From assembly GCF_009914755.1 (NCBI RefSeq), contig NC_060926.1: a DNA stretch of 64,000 nucleotides. The stretch is one strand, 5' to 3'. Both the position numbers and the translations under genes were made by a program. The notes under the pieces were generated by a model that saw only the letters and a list, made by a program, of their open reading frames with translations, had not been told where the DNA came from and searched no databases. Below are positions 33,288-54,380 of this stretch, piece by piece. Source of the stretch: the human T2T-CHM13v2.0 reference genome, Homo sapiens. How positions within the stretch are numbered: position 1 is the first letter of the stretch; each line of letters starts with the position of its first letter.

Positions 33288-34230
33288 AGCAAATTGCTAA
33301 TAGCAGGAATGAAAAGACAAGCAACATTACAAATGCTAAACACAGTAAAAGCAATACGGGATTATTATTAACAACTCAATAGCAATACAATTCACAACCA
33401 AGCAAAACAGAAAAATTTGTTCAAAAGTACTTACAAAAACAAACAAGAAAATAATTTAAAGCTCTCTGTCAATAAACTTAACTGGTGATTAAAACTTCCC
33501 TCATAGAAAACTCCACACCCAGATGGCTCACTGGTTAATTCTGCCAAAAATTGACAGAATTCACTGCTTAATTCTGTCAAACACAATAATACCAACATTT
33601 ACAACAATTGTTAAGCATATGTAAAAAGAAAACAATCTTATTTGTTTTAGTCTAAATAACACTGATACCAAAACTTGGGGAAAATTGCAAGAAATAAATA
33701 TGAGTAAAAAAATCTTCAACAAACTCTAATCAAACTAATTTCAGCTATATACAGAAAGAATCAATACATCATGGCCAAGTAATACCTGTCTCAGGAACAC
33801 CTGATGATTATGAATTCCAAAATCAAACAAACTAGTTCATCACATTAAGAGATTAAAGAAGAACAATGATATACCCATTTCAATAGATACACAAAATATA
33901 TCTGATTCATATAACATACACTTCTTATTCTTATAAAATATTAACAAAAAGGAAATAGAAGCAAATGTTCTCAATTAAATAAAAAGAAAAAAACCGTGAA
34001 AAACTTAGAGCTAACATAATACTTAATGGTAAAAGATTGAATGATTTCAGTATATGACCAAGGACAAGGCAACTTTGTCCTCTCACAACATCTTTTCAAA
34101 TATGTACTGGAGTATTTGTCATTCCATTAAGATAAGAAAAAGAAATCAATAATGTAAATGTTGGAAATGAAGATATAAAACAATTAGTATTTAAGGGCAA
34201 CATGTTTTGGTACGTAAAACAATCATAAAA
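33000..34230 (+). mobile_element. Ancient L1ME-like ORF2 remnant (outer host; resumes ~41355-41570 and ~46150-47495)
   Basis: Decayed ORF2 motifs (cccagatggctcactggttaattctgcc; gctaacataatacttaatggtaaaagattgaatg); includes (TG)n(GA)n at ~33219-33286. Confidence 0.62.
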
Positions 34231-41121
<6,891 letters not shown>

Positions 41122-41350
41122 AACTCCTCTTCCTTACCTTTCCCTAATTCCTGTTTTCCCACACATAGTTACATTTTTTTCCCTGCTATGTAACCCCCTA
41201 AATGTAGTTGGTTGAGGACGTGGTTATGGAATTGATCTCCTATCTCCTTGGCTGCAGCACCAAATTAAAGCCATCCTCCCTCACAATACTCCTTGTCTCA
41301 GTGATTGGTGTTGTGTGTGATGAGAAATGTCACATTGGCATTTTGGCAAT
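41122..41350 (+). mobile_element. MER39-like ERV1 LTR, 3' half
   Basis: gatctcctatctccttggctgcagcaccaaattaaagcc...caatactccttgtctcagtgattgg matches the recalled MER39 3' part. Confidence 0.65.
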
Positions 41351-41571
41351 ATGTATAAATCAGAAGATTTAATATTTTTAATCAGTTCAGTCTTCTCAAA
41401 TTGATCTACAGAGTTAATGCAATTCCAATTAAAAATTTAAGTCAAATCTTCATTAGAAATTGACCCATCTAAAATATATATGGAAGTAAAAGAGATTTAG
41501 TATAGCAAAAATGATTTAAAAAGAACAAAGTTATTGGAAAATGATACCTGATATAAAGATTTAAAGATTTC

Positions 41572-44500
41572 ACTAGGCGGACTGTGAGCTTGGCAAGATT
41601 TCATTGATATCTGCTGGGCTGAAAACCCGAGGTTGCTCCTCTTCCCCTCAGGGATCTCTGTGGCATAGGAGGAGTGCCTCAGTCCTTCCCTAGAGGGTTG
41701 TCACAGTGGCTTGAGAAAGCCCCCTGGAATCCTAGTAAGATCAATGCTCATGTCCCTTTGGAGAGCCTGGTTGCAGGCTTGTCCCACCTTGCCCCATCCC
41801 GCCCAACTTTTCCCCGTCCAGCGGCCTGGTGTTGGAGCACTGAACAGTACACCTGAGAGGCCTGTGCAATGTCCTGCTCATTACCAGGGACACCTTGGTA
41901 CTTCCCCTTTTCAACAAAGGCCAAGTGAAAGTTCCACTGCCATCAGCTCAAATTCCTTTCACCTGCAAGCACCATCTACAGGCCAGAAGATCAATCTACA
42001 CAGTCCATCACAACTTTATCTGATATCATTGTACAATGCTCAATTGGCTCTTACCCACAAGCACCACCTACTCGCCTGTAGGGTGAATTATACAATCCAA
42101 CATACTTTCTGCTGACAGAAATGCACAGCACTGTGAAAGTAGATATGTCTCCTGAGACTTTCACCACCCCATCCCTGTAGGAGACAGTGAGCCGGACCAC
42201 ACACACAACTCACTGATTTTACAACCTACAAAGAACAAGCATTTGAGACAGCTACTACATTAAGGCTATCTATAATCAAGGAATTCATAGTGTCCAGAAC
42301 CCCTAAAGGCACATTGAAAAAAGGCAAATGACTCTATCCAACATACACAATAGTTGTGCTCTGAAGAATATGACAAACAAACAAAAGTAAATTCGAAAAT
42401 TAAAAGCAACAGCTTCTACAGATGAGAAGAAATCGACACAAGCATTCCAGCCTCGTGAAGACAAAAAATGCTTTGACCCTTCCCAAGTGACTATACTAGT
42501 TCTCTAGCAATGGATCCCAAACAAAATGAAAATTCTGAAATGACAGATAAAGAATTCAAAATATGGATTTCACTAGAACTCAACAAGATTCAAGATAAAG
42601 TTTAATATCAAAACAAAAAAACAAAATTAATTCAGGATATGGAATATAAGATATCTACATTAAGAAAGCAAATAGAACTTTTGGAAATGAAAAATTCACT
42701 GAAGGAATTTCAAAATACAATGGGAAGTTTAAAGAATAGACTAGGCCAAGGAGAAGAAAGTATTTCAGAGTTTGAATTAACCCAGTGAGACACAATCAAA
42801 GAAAATAAAATTTTACAACACAAAGCATTCAATAAATATTGGTTCATATAAAACAACCAAACCTGCAACTTATTGGCATTTCTGAGAGAGAAGAAGAAGT
42901 AAGCAACTTGGAAAACACATGTGAGAGAAAAATTCAGGAAAGTTTATGTAATTTTGCTAAAGTCTACAACCAGATTCCAGAAATTCCAAGTACTCCTGCA
43001 AGATAGTATACAAGAAGACCATCCCCAAGGCATATAATCATTAGACTATTCAAGGTCAGTGCAAAAGACCAAATCTTAAGGTAGCTAGCAAAAAGGGCAA
43101 AATTACCTATAGGAAAACCCATCAGACTGTCAGCAGGCTTCTTAGCGGAAAGTTCTAGCTTGTAAAGACAAGCTAGAAGAAATTAGGGTCCTATTTTTAT
43201 CCCCCTTAAAGAAAAAAAATTGTCAGCCAAGAATTTCATATTTTGCCAAACTCAGCTTCATAAATGAAGAAGAAATAAAATCTTTCCTAACCAAGAAAAT
43301 GCTAAGGATATTCAGCGTCACCAGACCAATCCTACAAAAAATGCTCAAAGGACTTCTAAACACGGGAATGAAGAACAATGCTTGCTATCATAAAAGCACA
43401 CAAAAGTACAAAGGTCACGGATCCTATAAAGCAACTACATAATTGAAACTGTAAAGCATCTCAGTAACAATGCTATGACAGAAATAAACCTCACATATAA
43501 ATATTAACTTTGAATGTAAACAGCGTAAATATGCAATTAAAAAGTCATAGATTGGCAAATTGGATACAAAAACAGGAACCAACCTTCAGCTGCTTTCAAG
43601 CGACCCATTTCACATGGAGTGATACCACAGGTTCAAAATAAAGGGATGGAGAAAGATCTATCATGCAAATAAAAAAATAAAAACAATAAATTGCAGGGGT
43701 TGCTATTCTTAGATAAAACAGAATTTAAACCACCAATAGTTAAAAAAAAAAAGAATAAGAAATGTATTACACAATGACAAATGGTACTCTTCAATAAGAA
43801 TATTTAATTATCCTAATTATATTTACACCAAATATCAAAGCACCCAGATTTATAAAGCAATACTACTAGATCTGTAAAAATAGACAGCCATATAATAATA
43901 TTGAGGACTTCAACACCACCCTTACAGCATTAGACAGAAAACTGAGGTGAAAATCTAACAAAGAAATCATGGACTTAAACTGGACTCTTTACCAAACAGA
44001 CTTAATAGATACATACAAAATATTCCATGAGAGAACCACAGAATATACATTTTCTCATCTGCACATGGAATATTCTCTACAATTGACGAACTGCTTTGTC
44101 AGAAAGCAAGTGTCAATAAATTTTTAAACCTGGAAATTATATCAAGCATCTTCTTGGAAAACAGTGAAATAAAATTAGAATCAATACTAAGAGGAATTCT
44201 CAAAACCATGGAAGTTTATGGAAATTAAACAGCTTGCTCCTTAATAACTTTTGGTTAAAAGAAAACAAAAGTAAGGCAGAAATCAAAAAATTTTTTAAAC
44301 AAATGCAAATAAAAATGCAACATACCAAAATCTCTGGGATATAACAAAAGCAGTATTAAGAGGAAATTTTATAACACTAAATGCATACATCAAAAAATGG
44401 AAATATCTCAAATTAACAGCCTAATGCTCCACTTAAATGAACTAGAAAAACAAGGACAAATTAAACCCAAAGCTAGCAGAAGAATAGAAATAACTAAGAT

Positions 44501-46120
44501 GAGAGTCAGACTAAATAAAATGGTTATAAAAAATACAGAAGATCAATGAAACAAAAAGTTGGTTCTTTGAAAGGACAAATAAAACTCATAGACTGCTAAC
44601 TAGATTGATCAAGAAAAAAAGAGATAAGTTTCAAATAAGCACAATCAGAAATGAAAAAGGTGGCTTTACCATTGAAATCAAGAAATACAAAAGATACTCA
44701 GAGATTACTATGAACATCTCTATGCACACAAACTAGACAACCTAGAAAAAAATGGATCAATTATTGGAAACACACACAGCCTCTCAAGATTAAACCAGGA
44801 AGAAACGGAAATACTGAAAGACAAATAGTGAGTTACTAACAGTAATCCATGATAAAAACAAATCTACAAACCAAAAATTGTCCTGTACCAGCCGAATTCA
44901 AAGCCAAATTCTACCAGATGTACAAAGAAGAGCTGGTGTCAATGTTACTGAAACTCTTCAAAAATCAAAGAGAAGAGATACCTTTCTAACTCATTCTACA
45001 AAACCAGTATCATCCTGATACTAAAATCTGGCAAGGACACAACAAAAAAAGTAAACTACAGACCAATATCTCTGATGAACATAGATATAAAACTTCTCAA
45101 CAAAATACTAGCAAACTGAGTCCAAGAGCACATAGTAAAGATAATTCATCCTGATCAAGTGGGTTTTATTTCAGGGATGCAATTGAACATATGCAAATAA
45201 ATGAATGTGATTCACTGTATAAGCAAAATTAAACACAAATACCATATGTTTATCTCAATAGATGTGGAAAAAGCTTTCAATAATATCCAACATCCATTCA
45301 TGATAGAAATCCTCAACAGACCATGTAGCAAAGGAACATACCTCAAAATGTTAACAACCATCTAGGACAAACCCATAGCCGACCTCATATGCAATGGGCA
45401 AAAGTAGAAAATGAGGTACCCTCTCACAACAATCAGAATGGTCATTATTAAAAAGTAAAAAACAAACAAACAGAAACAAAAGACATACATTTTGATGAAG
45501 ATGCAGAGATAAGGGAATGCTTATACACTGTTGGTGGGAATGTAAATTACTACAACTTTTATAAGAAATAGTATGGGAATTGTTCAAAGAACTAAAAATA
45601 GAACTACCAATCGACTCAGCAATCCCACTACTGGATTTCTACCCAAATGAAACAAAATCTCAGCACTATTCAGAGTAACAAAGTCATGAAATCAACTGAA
45701 GTGTCCATTAATGGTAGACTGGTTAAAGACAATGTGGTGCATATACACCGTGGAATACAATACATCCATAAAAAAGAATGAGATCATGTCCTTTCTGGCA
45801 ACAGGGATGTAACTGGGGGCCTTTATCGTAAGTGAATTAATGCAGAAACAGAAAATCAAATACTGCATGCTGTCACTTATACTTGGAAGCTAAACAAAAG
45901 GTACACATGACCGTAAACATGTCAATAACAGACACTGGGGACCTCCAAATGAGGGAGAGTGAAATGGGGACAGGGGCTGAAAACCTGCCTACTGGATACT
46001 AGGTTCACTATTTGGGCGATGTGTTCAGTAGAAGCCAAAACCGCAGCATTACACAATATCCCCTTGTAACAAGCCTGAACATGGAGCCCCCGGATCTGTA
46101 ACTACAAGAAATAAAATTTA
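41572..46120 (+). mobile_element. L1PA16/17-like element with part of the 5'UTR, dead ORF1, ORF2 with a large internal deletion, and 3'UTR
   Basis: ORF1-like from ~42422; ORF2 from ~43475 (atgacagaaataaacctcac); 3'UTR gttcactatttgggcgatg...agaagccaaaaccgcagcattacacaata. Confidence 0.8.
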
Positions 46121-46149
46121 TTGCTTGTTACTTTTAAAAATAAAATAAT

Positions 46150-47495
46150 TCACAATCATATTTCATATAATAACAATCATGTTACTGTAAAGGGACAGAC
46201 AAATAGGTTATTGGAAAAAACTGAAGAACCAGAAAGAGCATATCGTAGATATCACTGATATTTTACAGATGTGACCAATGAAAAGAAATAATTTCATCAA
46301 ATGATGCTGGAACAACTGCATATTTATAAGAAAAATATTAATGTTTACCAATGTTTCCTACTATACACAAAAAAACTAGTCGAGGAAGGATGATACACGT
46401 AAATATCAAAGCTTTAAATGTAAAGCCTTTAGGTAAAGCGTAGGAGTATACCATCATGACCCTAGAGTGTGCAGTGATAGCTTAAATAAGACACAAATAA
46501 TGTTAATGAAATAAGAGAAAAAAAGATAAATTTTACTTTATCAACAGTAAGTGCATCCTCTTATCAAAAAACATGTTAAGAAACCAGAAAAACAAACCAC
46601 AGGCTGGGGAAAATACATTCAATGCATTTATATAATAAAATATTTATATCTAAGTTATCTGAAGAATCTCTGCTAATTTATATATAATAGATATAAAACT
46701 AGTAAATGCATGACTTGGAAAACAGTTCAATATTTAAAATGAGCAAAGTTTGAACACACATTTTATAATAGAAGAAATGTGAATGACTATTATTCCCATG
46801 AAAAGTGCTTGATATCATTAAGCATCAGGGAAATTCATATCAAAATCATAAAGAAACCCAATTTCACACTCACTAGGATGGTTATAACTTAAAAGACTGA
46901 CAGTAGGAAGTGTTTGTGAGACTGTGGAGCAAGGAAAACTGGTATGCATTTCTGGGTCAAAAACTTTTGCAACCACTTTTGAAATTACATATAAAGTTAA
47001 ACATGCTTCTACAAAATGGCATGGCAATTGCATTCTTGTGTATACACCTAAGGTCATTGAAAGCATAGATCCACCAAAAGATTAGAATAAGGATATACAG
47101 AGTTGTTTTCTTCTCATAATATTAGCCAAAAACAAAAATAACCCAAATGTCCTTCAACTGATGAATGCATAAACGTACTGTGATACAACCATACAATAGA
47201 AAAATACTGAACAGTGGAAAAAACTTACTAATATACACTACTCAGATGAACTTCAAAACTATAATATTGATATAGACAGTTTATAATGTATGATTCCATT
47301 TATATGAAATTCTACAACAGGCAGAACTAATTTACAGAGATGAAAAGCAAAGCATTTGTTGCCTGAAGTGAGGAGGATAAACTGGCAAGAGGCATGGGGG
47401 AGCTTTCTAGTATGATGGAAGTGCTCCGTACCTAAATTGGGATGGTGGTACAACAGTGTAAACATATGCCCAAATGTGCCAGACTGTGCACTGTA
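46150..47495 (+). mobile_element. L1ME-like ORF2 3' end and 3'UTR (continuation of the outer host)
   Basis: caaatgatgctggaacaactgcata; tgtatgattccatttatatgaaattctacaacaggcagaactaa. Confidence 0.7.
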
Positions 47496-48892
47496 GAAAA
47501 ATTAAACGAAAAGTAACAACCTACTTGAGATCAATTCTGAACTACAAATATGTTTACATATAATTATCAGGATAATTTAAAATCAAATTATTGAAAATGA
47601 TAAAACTCCTCTGCAGCTTGCAGGACACAAGATCACTATAAAAATCAGCAGTGTTCTAACAATAGTCATTTAAAAATTAACATGACATAAATAGTTACAT
47701 TTCAAGCAGTGTTCATTAAGATAGGGTCACACTGATATTTAGAAAATAATAGCCCCAAAGTAGATCTTCCCATACAGAACACATTGTATGTATCAGAAGA
47801 GGCATTTGGAAATCATGGTGAAAGCAGAAAGAATGGACTACTCAAATAAACAATGTTGGACTATTTTGGTATTCACAAGGGGACGTTTAAAATAGGTTTT
47901 CACCTTCTACTCTGCACAAAAGTAAAACACATGTTGATGAAAGAACTAAATATGAGGACATGCATTTTTTAAAAATAGAAGAAAAAATTAGGAGTATACT
48001 TTTATGACCCAAAGGCTGATGCCATAAGCACTACACATGTGTTAACTTGAGTTGAAATTAACTTTGACCAAGAATCCCATTCCCTTTGTAAAAGCTGCCG
48101 CTGAGGAGGTGTCAATTGACTCTACAGAAATTGGGAAATTCTGAATGCCCCCTGGACTTCATAGAAACTTAGACTGAAGTAAAATACGACTGAAGACATT
48201 CTAAGGATGGATAGGATTGAGACAAATCCAATTACAGGATGCAGGGTGGCACCACATAACACGGAATTATGTGTTAGCACTTATTATTACAGATATTTGA
48301 ATATGAGAACTCTCCAAGAAAAGAAAGAGTGGGGATTTGTGGAATCATATTTTCTACTGTTTGCTTTATTTTCTTTCTTCGGGTAAGGTGGTATCATTCA
48401 ATATTTCTGCTTACCAACTTAACATGAAAGAGAAGGATAGTTTTATGGTTGGGGGCATAGCTTGGTAGCCAATGTGCCTTACTAAACTTTATTACCATGA
48501 GAAACACTGGTGAACAGCTAAAATTATCCATATGCCAACAGATAAAAACCAGGCAATTCCATACCCAATCCCGTATTTCCATTTGAACTTGACAAACTGC
48601 AAGTTTTAACATCACTTCAACCAATTTACACACAAACCCTGTACTACAAAGGAAGAGTGGGTTTCCCTCTGGCAGGCTCTTCTCAGTTCAAGACAGTACC
48701 TACTACTCATTTAAATTTTTTTTTTCCTGGCTCTTTAAGACATCGAGTCTGGGATACCAAGCAAGCTCCTTTCCTCTGACCTGTTTCTCCTGGCCCAAAG
48801 AAAAGTGATGGACGTGCATTGCTTGCTCTTGAGAGGCAGTATACATGTAGAGCAGGGAAAAAGGCCCACCTCTGGAACAAGACTCCATAAAA

Positions 48893-49063
48893 TGAAACCA
48901 GACTCTACTTACTAGTTGTGTGAAACATGGTAAATGCCTCAGCCACTCTGTGCCTTAGTTCACTCATCCTGTTTTCATGGAATTAGTGGGATTAAAATAA
49001 CCAGTACATGAATAGTAATAAGAACAGTACCTGACATAGAATATATGTTCCTTAACTATTACT
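48893..49063 (+). mobile_element. MIR
   Basis: ctacttactagttgtgtgaaacatggtaaatg...ctctgtgccttagtt; agaacagtacctgacatag. Confidence 0.65.
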
Positions 49064-49562
49064 TCTCTGTTAAAAAAAAAAAAAGCCCATTTACTTTGCT
49101 TTATCGGAGAGTGTTGGATGTTTTGCATTTGGTTTGTTTTTACACCTGTATTAATACCCATTGTTGCAATACCTTCACATGTTTTCCCTGACATATTGAG
49201 GCTATTTCTATAATTTTGATATTAAATTCATTAATTCATTGATTTAGAGTTCATTTGATAATAATCTGTGCACAGATAGCCTCCCTCACAACACTCTGGT
49301 ATCCCTAAGGGTGCAAATTATTTCATTTCCATGCCTGTAGTGACCAGCACAGTGATTGACATGTTCACTGTTTGACAAATGAAGGGATGGGTTTCAGGGG
49401 AAGAGGCCAAGGGACTCAAAGCACTTTAGAGCCTGGAAATGCCTTACATTAGTGTTGTGAAAACCAAAAAGGTGGTCAGACATTTCGAAATGCCCCCTAC
49501 AACTTTCCTAAGGCTCCCAGGTTGAAAAACAACTACCTTAGGTGGAACTCTTTCAGTCCAGG

Positions 49563-49782
49563 TGATATGGTTTGAATTTGTGTCCCCACCCAAATCTCAT
49601 GTCAGAGTGTAATCCCCAGTGTTGGAGGAGGGACCCGATGGGAGGTGACTGGATCATGGGGTTGGAGTTCCCCTTTGCTGTTTCCCTGATAGTGAGTGAG
49701 TTCTCATGAAATTTGGTTGTTTAAAAGTGTGCAGCACATCCGCTTTGCTCTCTTCTTCCTGCTTGAGCCATGTGAGACGTAC
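49563..49782 (+). mobile_element. MSTA-like MaLR LTR, 5' half only
   Basis: Starts tgatatggtttgaatttgtgtccccacccaaatctcatg. Confidence 0.85.
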
Positions 49783-51150
49783 CATATAGGATGAGCAGTC
49801 AACAGGATTATTGCCTTCCCTAATGAACTATAATAATTGGATAAAAGGCATCCACATATCCCTTCCAAAAACAAAGCATTCCTTTTATGAAAGGTGCAAA
49901 TATAAAATGTGTTACTCAAATATGTAAATAAGACTCTGGAAAATATAAAATATTGAAGATGATCTTTAAAAACACTGTAAAAGTGGTTACCTGGTTATAA
50001 AAAGGTTGGAACAAAATGTAACAAAAATAAAAATAGAATAATCTGTGGTGTGTTTGTAATTTGTAAAATAATCAAAAGAGATCAGCTTAACTGACCACTT
50101 TATTTAATTACCTAAAATATATTAGACGTCAAGTATCACAGACAAGTGGAATCATATATTATAGATTTTTAGAATTTAAATTATGTGTTACTTTTATTCA
50201 GCACTTGGTGATGTTCACTGTGTGTGTCTGTCTATATACTACCCTTTGTCCCCACAACGAACAACAATCAGGCTAAGTCATAAGTGAGACAATGTTTATT
50301 TCATTCTCTAAAAGATCAAGAAGGACAAAAGAACTTTATTACTTTTAAATTACAGTCATGCAGAAGATCCAGCCTTAAGACATGCTTTCTGCAGTAGAAG
50401 GAGGAAGGAAGGGGAGGAGGGAGGAAAAAAGGGATGGAAGGAGCTAGAGAGGAATATATATTCATTGGAAAAGAGAAAACAAAATTTTCTATATTCATAA
50501 TTGATTTTATTTTCATATTAGAAACCACAAAATTGTCTGTAGGTAAATTTGTAGAAATAATAGAGAGTTGAGCAAGTTAAGAGGTTATGAATTTTATTAT
50601 TCAAATTTTTATTTTTATTTATTTTTGTCTTTTTGATCTAATAAACTTAAATATATTTTATATTGAAAAGTGATATTTATCCAATTATAAAGTTGCATTT
50701 AGAATTTGATATTTCTCTTTCTCCTCATAGTTCTTCAGTTGTTAGTTGACATATAATAAGGTTATAAAGTTAGGCAAAGTCCATATTTCTGACTATATCT
50801 TGTTGATGCCCTTTTAGATTTTGAAGTATATAACATTATTCTTTCCACCTTATGTTGTCACATATTAAACTTGTTACCATTCATTTCATTTGCTTCACAA
50901 TTGTCTGCCTTTTTTTATTTTTTTCATTTGTCCTCCATATTTCAAATTCCATGTGTGTTTGTGCCTGTGTGCGTTTTGTGAACAACTATTGCTATATCAT
51001 TTTCCTTTTCACTCCCAACTTTTTTTTGTTTGTCTTTCTCTGCTTTCCCATACGTAGAGAAAACCCTCTTTTGCTGGTTAACATTATAATTCTATTTTGC
51101 ACTCTTTTTGTGATTCCTACTATTCTACTAACTAAACCCTACTCATATCC

Positions 51151-51519
51151 TGTACAGGTCTCTTCTCACACTGCTATAAAGAACTACCTGACACTGGGTA
51201 ATTCATGAAGAAAAGAGGTTTAATTGACTCACGGCTCTGCAGGCTGTACGGGAAGTATCGCGGGGAGCCTCGGTAAACTTGCAATCATGGCAGAAAGCAA
51301 AGGGAAAGCAAGCAGGTCTTACCATGTCAGAGCAATAGAGAGAACAAAGGAGGAATTACTACACATTTTCAAGCAACCAGATCTCATGAGAACTCACTAG
51401 AACAGCAAGGGAGAAATCTACCCCCATGATCCAATCAACTCCCACCAGCTTCCTCCCCAACATTAGGGATTACAATTCAACATGAGATTTGGGTGGGGAC
51501 ACAGAGTCAAACCATATTA
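51151..51519 (-). mobile_element. MSTA/THE1D-like solo LTR
   Basis: Complete ~370-nt LTR; flanks tatcc/tatca fit a 5-bp TSD with one mismatch. Confidence 0.88.
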
Positions 51520-51926
51520 TATCAATTTTCTCTATCAAACTCTAAATGGAGCAATGATTTTATCTTCTTAAGAGGACAAGTGTCTTATTCTTTGACCACT
51601 TTCTTAATCCATATCTTGTTGATATAATCTGGAATTTTAGTTTAGGACTGTCATAAACATTTTTTTTCTTATTTTGCTATTTTGCAAACTTACAAAGTTC
51701 TTTGTTCACCTTTATTTACCATTTACTTATTTTGACACTCCTGATTTTTTTTCCTATGGAATGGAGTTATTGCTTCAGGCAATTTTCAGGATATAAATGT
51801 ATGCTTTGAGTTGCTGAGGCCCTATAACATGGCATATTTTTGCACTCTCAAAAATATTATTGAAGTGTTATTTTTTAAGAAGTGAAAAGTAGCAAATTTT
51901 AGTTTTCTATTTAGTTAAGGAACTTT

Positions 51927-52623
51927 TTAATTTTTTTTTAATTTTACTTTAAGTAAAATAAGAACTTTAGTTAAGTTCTGGGATACATGTGTAGAACATG
52001 AAGATTTGTTATGTAGGTATACGTTTGCCATGGTGGTTTGCTGCACCTATCAACCCATCAGGCATTAAGTATTTGTCCTAATGGTCTCCCTCTCCTTGCC
52101 CACCACCCTCCAACAGACCCCAGTATGTGATGTTCTCCTCCCTGTGTCCATGGGTTCTCATTGTTCAGCTCCTACTTATGAGTGAGAACATGCGGTGTTT
52201 GGTTTTCTGTTCCTGTGTTAGTTTGCTGAGAATGATGGTTTCCATCTTCATCTGTGTCCCTGCAAAGGATGTGAACTCATCCTTTTTTATGGCTGCCTGG
52301 CATTCCATGGTGTATATGTGACACATTTTCTTTATCCAGTCTATCATTGATGGGTATTTGGGTTGGTTCCAAGTATTTGCTATTATAAATAGTGCTGCAA
52401 TAAACATACGTGTGCATGTATCTTTACAGTAGAATGATTTATAATCCTTTGGGTATATACCCAGTAATGGAATTACTGGGTTAAGAGATTCCATCTCATG
52501 CCAGTTAGAATGTTGATTATTAAAAAATCAGGAAACAACAGATGCTGGCGAGGCTGTAGAGAAATAGGAACACTTTTACTTTGTTGGTGGGATTGTAAAT
52601 TAGTTCGACCATTGTGGAAGATG
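51927..52623 (-). mobile_element. 5'-truncated, 5'-inverted L1PA7-like insertion
   Basis: Reverse 3'UTR and ORF2 end 51927-52484; oppositely oriented ORF2 piece 52485-52623; 13-bp TSD gttaaggaacttt at 51914-51926 and 52624-52636. Confidence 0.9.
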
Positions 52624-54083
52624 GTTAAGGAACTTTAAAAAATATCATCTTAACTATGTTTAAGTGAACAGTAAAGTAGTGCCAACTATGTTCATATTTT
52701 GCCTCAGATATTGGGGAAAATTATGCCATTTTTATTCTTATCATGGTATAGACTTTTGTGGTTTGACTTTTCTCTTTTTCGTGGCTATTTTAAAATTTTA
52801 CTAATGTAATGTTTCCCCTTGTCAAATGTATCTTTTAGCATTCTATGTGTTGTAGGATTTTTGGTCTTTTCATCTTTTTTAATAGTCATTTCCATTGTTA
52901 GAAAATTCCCGCAGTTTATTTATTTCTCTATATTTTGGTGATTTCTATTACAACAATATCAACACATCTACTCTTATGACTTAAGCTTTTGGAAAGTTTT
53001 CATCCGTTTTAGTCTTCCTGATGCTTGCTGGCTGAATTCTTTGGCTTTTCTCTCCAGTTATTAATTCAAATATTTTTTCACAGAACAGGATGTATACCAT
53101 TTGATAATATTTCTTATTGTGCTATTTAAAGTTTTGACTTTTTTTAATTAATCAACATTTCCTTTAAAATGGACATTTTTATGTTTTTTACTGAGAAGCA
53201 TAGAGAAGAGGGCATTTTACTTATACATTTTAATTGGTCCATTATTTTAAATTTTTATTTGGTCTGTTTTTGTGAGGACAAATATATGGATTTGTTTTTA
53301 AATTAACTTCACAATCTTTGTCTTTTGACCAAATATTTCTGTTCCTTTACATTCATTTTTATAACTTTCTATATGCTTTATGCCTCCATTACTTTAATTT
53401 TATAATATTTTACATTAGGGTGTTGATTTATGTGTCCTGTTTTCTTTTGCTTACTTTTCCTGGGTTGTTAATGACTTTATTTCTTCGCCTCACCTAGATT
53501 CTGGTCTAGAAGTTTGGCAACTCAACTGTTCGGCTTGTGTTCACCATCTTCTCTGTAACTGTAACATACAGCTTGATATTTTGCTGGTAATAAATCTACA
53601 ATATATAATAGGTGAACTTCTTATCAAACAACTGCCTACATTTTTATGCATACTTATGATAATCTGAAAACCTATATTCCATATCTTTTTTCCTGCAAAG
53701 CTTATTTTTTCCCAGATATAGTAAAACTATTATTAAATTTTCCCTTTGCACATATATTCTTAGATTCATTAAAAATACTAATGTATTATAAATTTCCAAT
53801 TATATTATCTATCATGTTTAGATACTGTATATATTGTGAGAATAATTCTGTTTTGTATACTCTTAGTTTTCTTACTTTGAGCTCACTCTTCTGGTTGATT
53901 GAGTTTTCATCCTGTTAGAATAGGTGAGCAAGAATTTTTGCCATATAGGATATAAACTTTATGTATTTTGTCTTCTATTAATTGGGAGTGTGATTCTAGT
54001 GTGATGGTTTTTCTTTTCATTTTTTAAGGAAAACCTGTTAAATATTTTCTTTGTGCTAATAATTTGACTAAAAAAATCCTTCG

Positions 54084-54380
54084 GGCTGTTCACTGTGGCT
54101 CATTTCTGTAATGCCAGCACTTTGGGAGGCTGAAGAGGGAGGATCACTTGAGCTCAGGGGTTTCAAGACCAGTCTGAGCAACAAGGAAGAACCTATCTCT
54201 ATAAAAAATTTTAAAAATATTTTCGCTGGGAGCGATGGTGCATGCTTGTGGTCCCAGGTACCCGGTAGGCTGGGGTGGGAGGATCAGCTGGGCCCAGGGA
54301 GTTGATGGTGCAGTGAGCCATGATTGCACCACTGCACTCCAGCCTGGCTGACAGAGTAAGACCCTGACTTAAAAAAAAAT
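54084..54380 (+). mobile_element. AluJ (Jo/Jr-like)
   Basis: ggaggatcacttgagctcagg J-type motifs; highly diverged. Confidence 0.87.

Noticed and set aside
50852-51208. 118-aa hydrophobic ORF resembling a membrane protein
   Set aside because: T-rich decayed sequence gives F/L/I bias, and the frame runs into an LTR.
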